Source: Antechinus flavipes
Taxonomy: Eukaryota
Assembly (NCBI RefSeq): GCF_016432865.1
Contig: NC_067401.1
Coordinates: 744,001 to 808,000 of the forward strand
Direction: 5' to 3'
Length of the DNA: 64,000 nucleotides
Of this stretch, positions 58,241 to 64,000 are shown piece after piece; within the stretch, counting starts at the first letter, position 1; each line of letters begins with the position of its first letter. Below the pieces are notes generated by a model, which did not search any database, was not told where the DNA came from, and was given only the letters and a program-made list of their open reading frames with translations. The translations under genes were made by a program, and so were the position numbers.

Positions 58241-61200
58241 ATATTCAGATCTCTTTCCTCATTGAAACTAATAGGCTGATAATCTTGTTTCTTAAATACT
58301 CTAAAATATCAGTAGTTCACTGAACATGTATCTTCATGCTGTGACCCCAAACAGATTATTCATGAGAAGCTCCCCACAGCCTCATTATCTCTGTATCATG
58401 CTCTAGCCATGCTCCCCTTTATTCTGCTATCATTTTGCCATTCATGCTTCCCATTTGGGGAATCATAATCAAATCATTTCCTCCATTTTTCTTCCAAAGA
58501 GTTGTTGGTCTATTCCTCTCTGGCTTCATTCACCAACCAGAATCTTTCTCAGCCATAAGCCCCTCACTAGCCATCACTCTTCTCTATTTCAAGTGAATTA
58601 AAGAAGTATTTACTAATGGGTTTCTCTTTGCCCGGCAGTCTGTTATGTGTTATGAGTACAAATGCTGTCAGAAAGATAGTGCCCTCAAAGAGCTTCCATT
58701 CTAATGAGAGAAATGAAGCAATCTCCCATTGGGTTGGCTCCCACCGATCATGGTGGGATGATCATTAGTCAGGAATGGAGCTAAAAAGGAATGCAGTGAA
58801 CATAGCTAGACTAGGCCTTTCTTCAAATGGAACTTCTAGAAAGAACTGACCAATCTACAAAAGTCCCAAGCCCAGGAGTGGCAGACTTTTCAAGATGAGA
58901 AAGCTTCATTCGCTACTGGAGAATGAAGGCAAAAACAAGTCTGGACTGTTGGGAGATGGGCCCAGAGAGGAATGCAGAAGAGATTCTATATGTTTCCTAT
59001 ACTCATTGAAGGTATGCCTCTAAACATAGAGAGACCAGCTCTCATTCTGTTGTATTCCAGACATTTCAATTCACCATAATTTTGTGTGTCTCTGGCTGAG
59101 CCTGGCACACAAAAAGCATTTAATAGTTGCTTTATTTTATTCCTGCCTTGATAGGTATCATCTTATCCCTGTAATGGAAGTGCTGCAGTAGGTTCCGGGA
59201 CTTTCTATTCCACTCAGTTCCACAAATAATCATTAGGCACCTAAGGGTTCCATGGTATACTAGGTCCTAGGAGTACCAAGAAAATCTCCAAAGCAATTTC
59301 ATGTAGCTTATGGCCTAGTAGGGCCTGGGAAATATTCCTTCCCCTCTATGGCCCTCAATTCCTCATTTGTAAATGAAGGATTGAATCAGATGAGCTCTAG
59401 TCTCCATCTAGGATTCCATGATCTTAGTCCTGAGAGTGGGAGAATAGAAGAGAATCAGGATCAAGGAAAAAGATCCTTTGCTTTGCTTGCACCACCACCA
59501 GAGGGCAAAAGCATTCCATCGCTGATTCCCCATGCCCACCCCAACTCAAGAGTACCAAGTTAGAAGGAGGGGGCCTAGCAATCTTCGGTTTTTTCTTGGG
59601 AGTCCCAAGACAGGCTGCAGGCTGCCTTGGTTCTGGCTCTCTGACCCACTTACTTGCCTTTTTGGATATGCATTTCTAGAACAAGATAACTTGTGCTCAG
59701 GGATCTCTTGGCATCAACCTCTGGATTCAAACAGACTAGATCTCTCATAGAGGCCAGCTCTCTCTATTGATCGATTGACTCATTATGTTCCCACCTGGAG
59801 TTTACTCTGGTAAAATAGCTTAGGTGTAGCCCATGTCCCCACATATGGGTAACCAGACACCTACAACCCTGGGAGAGATTTTGGTGACAAGTATCTAAGG
59901 CCATATCTGAACTCAAGGTCCAACCTTTTGTCTATTGTGTTACATAGCCGCCAAATTGAAAGGTACCATAGCATCCTGGAATGCTTCCAAGAGAGACAAA
60001 TGGTCAAAGTAATAGTAAATTGGAGTAAGTTAGAATTACATCACACAGAAAACCTAGGAAATGCAAGACTCAAGAGATCATAATAGGAGGCATTAACAGG
60101 CTCCAGTCACTTTCTTCCCCATTGCTGCTTCTCTAACCATGGGAGCTGCACAGGTGGTGATCTGTCCCCACACTGTTCAGAACATCTCCCTAGAAAAGCC
60201 CAAACCTTTTCCAAAGCAGGAGCTGTCCAAGAAGTCTTTTCCTCTGGCTGAGGGTTCCCTCCTCAAGTCAGAGAGGAGAGTTTAAATTTTCCACTACTTC
60301 TCCTTAGGGGTCCTCTGTACATGTAGTTCTTCTGGAGTTCAGGTCCCCACTTTTTCTCTCTTGGGCATACTGCCGTCAGGTCCCCATGTGTGACTGCAGT
60401 GACCTACCTCTATGATGAACTGAAAGTCATCATCAACAAATCCTTGGAGGAAGGAGAGGGAGAAATTATTTCGCCAACCTCCAGAGGTCCACCAAAAGAA
60501 AAACACAAAGTAAAAGGGGAAGAGGTAGATAAAATGAGACCAGAAGTCACCTGTGCCCTTCTTGGGCACAACCTCTGGCTCTTCTGAGTCCCATCGAACC
60601 CAACATCTTAGTAGTGACCCAGTTCCTGCTGACCAAGTAGTAACCAAGACAAAGTGCCAAGGACCTGATAATGCCCTATATGTATGGAAAGTTGGACTCC
60701 AAGTGACCAGGGGAGGATAAAGCTGGTCTTCTACTGCCCTAAGGAATTAATTAATTAAGGACTTAATCCTTAATCTGGGCCACAGCCAAGATTTCTCAGC
60801 ATTATCTTACTAAAACCAGATGTCATCTAACTATTAAGTGTTCTCAAATAGGCAACTCTTCTCCAAACCTCCCTTCCCTGAGCTGAGGGTAGCCCTGACC
60901 TCCAGGGCTGTGAACAGTCTTCTCGACACTCTTTGCACTCCTCTGAAGAGCTCTCTCTCTCGGTCATCCATGACTTGAATTGGGGAAAGGTACCATAGCA
61001 CCCTGGAATGATTCCAAGAGAGACAAATGGTCAAAGTAATAGAAAGCTGACTTTGGAAGCAGGAACACCTGAATTCAGGTCCTGCCTCAGACACAAATTG
61101 GTTCTGTGGCTCTGAGGAGTCACCTTCCCTCTCCTGGCCCCAGACTCCATCCACAGACTAAATATATTCAACTGCCTCATTTTACAGCTAAAGAAACTGA

Positions 61201-61359
61201 AATTCAACAAGGGATGGTAGTGGCAGAATTGAACACTAGACAAATCACTTAGTAAAAACCTTGGCAAGTCTTTTACCATTTATCTCCAGATGAGGATGAA
61301 AAAGACCTAAGCACTAGTCCCTGGAACACTGTCAGGGAACACCACAGGGAGAAAAGCCC

Positions 61360-61610
61360 TCGTGCTTGGACTGAAGAAGCCCAGAGTTAGAATCCTATGT
61401 CTAATACTTCCTAGCTTATGACTCTAAGCAAACCATTTGACTTCAGTCTGCCTCAGTTTCCTCATTTTACAAATGAAGATCATAATAGCACCTTTCTCCT
61501 CCCAGGACTGTTGTGAGGATCCAATGATTTGACATTGTGTACAATATTTTGCAAACTTTAAGGAAGTATGTAAGGTATTAAGGAAGTATGTAAGGAAGTA
61601 TGCCAGGTAT
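61360..61610 (+). mobile_element. MIR
   Basis: CORE sequence gcctcagtttcctcattttacaaatgaagat..gttgtgaggatc. Confidence 0.75.
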
Positions 61611-62074
61611 TATTATGAACTGGCCATTTGACCCCTAAGTGAGTCACCTGCAAGTTTAACTTGATTATTCTACTGCTCTTACAATTACTCTGATTGGAAA
61701 CAAGATGGTGGAGTGATGAGAGCACAAGACTAGGAATTTGGAGCCCTGAACTCCAGATCTCCCCCTCTTTCTTCCCTTCCTATGACTTCTCTAGAAATGA
61801 TATCTTTAGTGTCAGGCACATAGCAGGTATTCATTGATTCTGGCTCTGATAAATCTCTACTCTTGCGTCCCACATTTTTTTTTTGATATATTGACTTTAA
61901 TATCTGTGAAATATAAAGTTTGGTGTTCATAAATTTAAAAACATACTCTTTTAAGTAAATGTGTCAAACATTAGGTTCACAATAGCTTACATATATACTT
62001 CCAAATAAAGTGGTCAGATTAAAAGGCACTTCTTATGTGATTTCAATGTGATTTAACATTCATTCTAATGTAAT

Positions 62075-62727
62075 TTCTTTTTATTTTTAATAGCTTTTTA
62101 TTTACAAGTTATAAGCATGGGTAATTTTAGATCAGTGACAATTGCCAACCTTTTGTTCCAATTTTTCCCCTCTTTCCCCCCACATCCTCCCCTAGATGGC
62201 AGGATGACTAGTAGATGTTAAATATATTAAAGTATAAATTAAATACAAAATAAGTATACATGTCCAAACCATTATTTTGCTGCACAAAAAGAATCGGACT
62301 CTGAAATATTGTACAATTAGCCTGTGAAGGAAATCAAAAATGCAGGCAGGCAAATTGGATTGGGATTTCAATGTAATGGTTCTTAGTCATCTCCCAGCGT
62401 TCTTTCCCTGGGTGTAGCTGATTCAGTTCATTACTGCTCCATTAGAACTGATTTGGTTTATGTCATTGCTGAAGATGGCCAGGTCCATCAGAATCGATCA
62501 TCATATAGTATTGTTGTTGAAGTATATAATGATCTCCTGGCCCTGCTCATTTCACTCAGCATCAGTTCATGTGAGTCTTTCCAGGTATTTCTGAAATCAT
62601 CCTGTTGGTCATTTCTTACCGAACAATAATATTCCATAATATTCATATACCACAATTTATTCAGCCATTCTCCAATTGATGGGCATCTACTCAGTTTCCA
62701 GTTTCTGGCCGCTTCAAAGAGGGCTGT
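62075..62727 (-). mobile_element. 5'-truncated L1 (3'UTR and ORF2 end)
   Basis: Antisense L1; the minus ORF 62488-62739 resembles the L1 ORF2 C-terminus (NWKLSRCPSIGEWLNKLWYMNIMEYY). Confidence 0.88.
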
Positions 62728-64000
62728 TGTGTCCCACATCTTGCCATCCCTTCACCACTATTGTGGGCTTTGAGGCATGACAGGATGAAAAACAAGGTTC
62801 ATTGCTGTTGTTTTTACTGTCATTAATGATAGCCATCCCCAACTGTGGATCATTCTTACAAAAGCCTCATGAGTTAATTACTCTTTCTGTTATTCCTATT
62901 GTACAGATGAGGAAACTGAAGGCACCACAATCCCAGGATCACTAAGATCTCATAGCTCCTGTCCAAGTTTCTTCCCAAAACCTTGTCCAGATTGCAGTCA
63001 CGGTTTGTAGAACTACCCAGTAAGGCATAGTCATGGGCTGGTCACCAATGGAGGCAAACTTGGCTTTGAATTCCTCCTCAGACACTGAGTACCATCTGGT
63101 CTTAGGCAACTCAGTTCTCAGTCTCAAAGTCCTAAGCTCATGGTTCCTCCCTGATGATGTTGTCAAAGAGACACTTCATAAATCCAAAAGTGCATTCAGA
63201 GGGTCGTAAACATTATTGTTATTGTTACCAACTCCTGAGGGTCAGCTCAGCTCAGCCATGGTCATGCCCATTTACATGGCAGTTTGACCTTCTTCCAGTT
63301 TGCCCAGTGCTACATAAAAGGACCTGTCTATTCAGTAAGAATCAACCAAAGAGAGGCTGAGCCTGCCAAACTGGGCACTCCCACACAACAATATCAGAAG
63401 GAAAACACTGGAGCAGAGTCAAAGCAAGGTTGTGCTGTGCCCTGTACAGTCTAGGGCTCAACTGAAGCCCTGCAGGGCAGGGAGCCAAGAAGTGTTTTCC
63501 CAACGTGCTCAGAACAAACGAAGCCCGCCGGCCCTGATGAGTGGGATGATGCAACCTCCTTGGCACCTCTCCAAAGGGAAGCCGCAGCAGCAGCAGCTTG
63601 GTATCACTTGCCTTGTGTCTTTCTTTCTCAGTCTTTGCAGCTGGGTCATCATTTCATGATTTGCTAAGTGCCCTGGGGAAGGGGGACAGACTTTTTAAAA
63701 TAACACTTTTTATTGTTGTATGAATGGTTCGTCCCCTTCCCAGCCCAGGGAGAAACATGAAAATACAAGTTTGTGACTCATCTTCCAACATGAAGAGGAC
63801 TTGGCTTGCTTCCTTGACATCGTAGGGACAGGGACAGTAGAGTTCCACCGATGTGGCCCCTCCTCTAGGATGGGCCATCCTCTACCAGCACTAAAGGCAC
63901 CTCCTCAGTGATTCAGTTGGCAGTATTCAAGAGCCGCTGTGGCCAAATGACCACCTCTACCCAGCCAAACTGAGCTATATTGCCCTTTAGGCACTAAATA

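Noticed and set aside
1-64000. Exons of TSPEAR, the host gene of the human KRTAP10/12 cluster
   Set aside because: No laminin-G/TSPN or EAR-repeat peptide recognised in any frame; absence is uninformative because the human host intron is larger than this window.

Overview
Eukaryotic genomic DNA from a marsupial; the WSINE1-like CORE-SINEs and L1 3'UTR type suggest a dasyurid (inference). The window lies in a hair keratin-associated protein cluster of the KRTAP10/KRTAP12 type. It holds 3 KRTAP10-like genes (2241-3275, 36832-37617, and one whose 5' part is lost in an assembly gap and ends at 56456). It also holds 6 intact single-exon KRTAP12-like genes, the first five in alternating orientation, and 2 decayed KRTAP12 copies (51080-51275 minus, 53183-53506 plus). 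Between the genes lie solo LTRs, L1/L2/SINE fragments, two N gaps, a short telomere-type repeat fused to a trinucleotide satellite, and a 6.3-kb minisatellite apparently seeded by an L2 3' end. The features least explained by the KRTAP genes are: two housekeeping-type CpG promoters, each followed by a GTGAGT donor (35.9-36.1 kb minus; 50.4-50.6 kb plus); a fossil phase-1 coding exon (53.8-54.8 kb) whose stops are mostly TGA; a sharply bounded gene-conversion tract between KRTAP10 copies 53 kb apart; and an LTR 3' end that was polyadenylated and re-inserted with an L1-type target-site duplication. Repeat family names come from recognition by eye, no database search was run, and most repeat boundaries are approximate.
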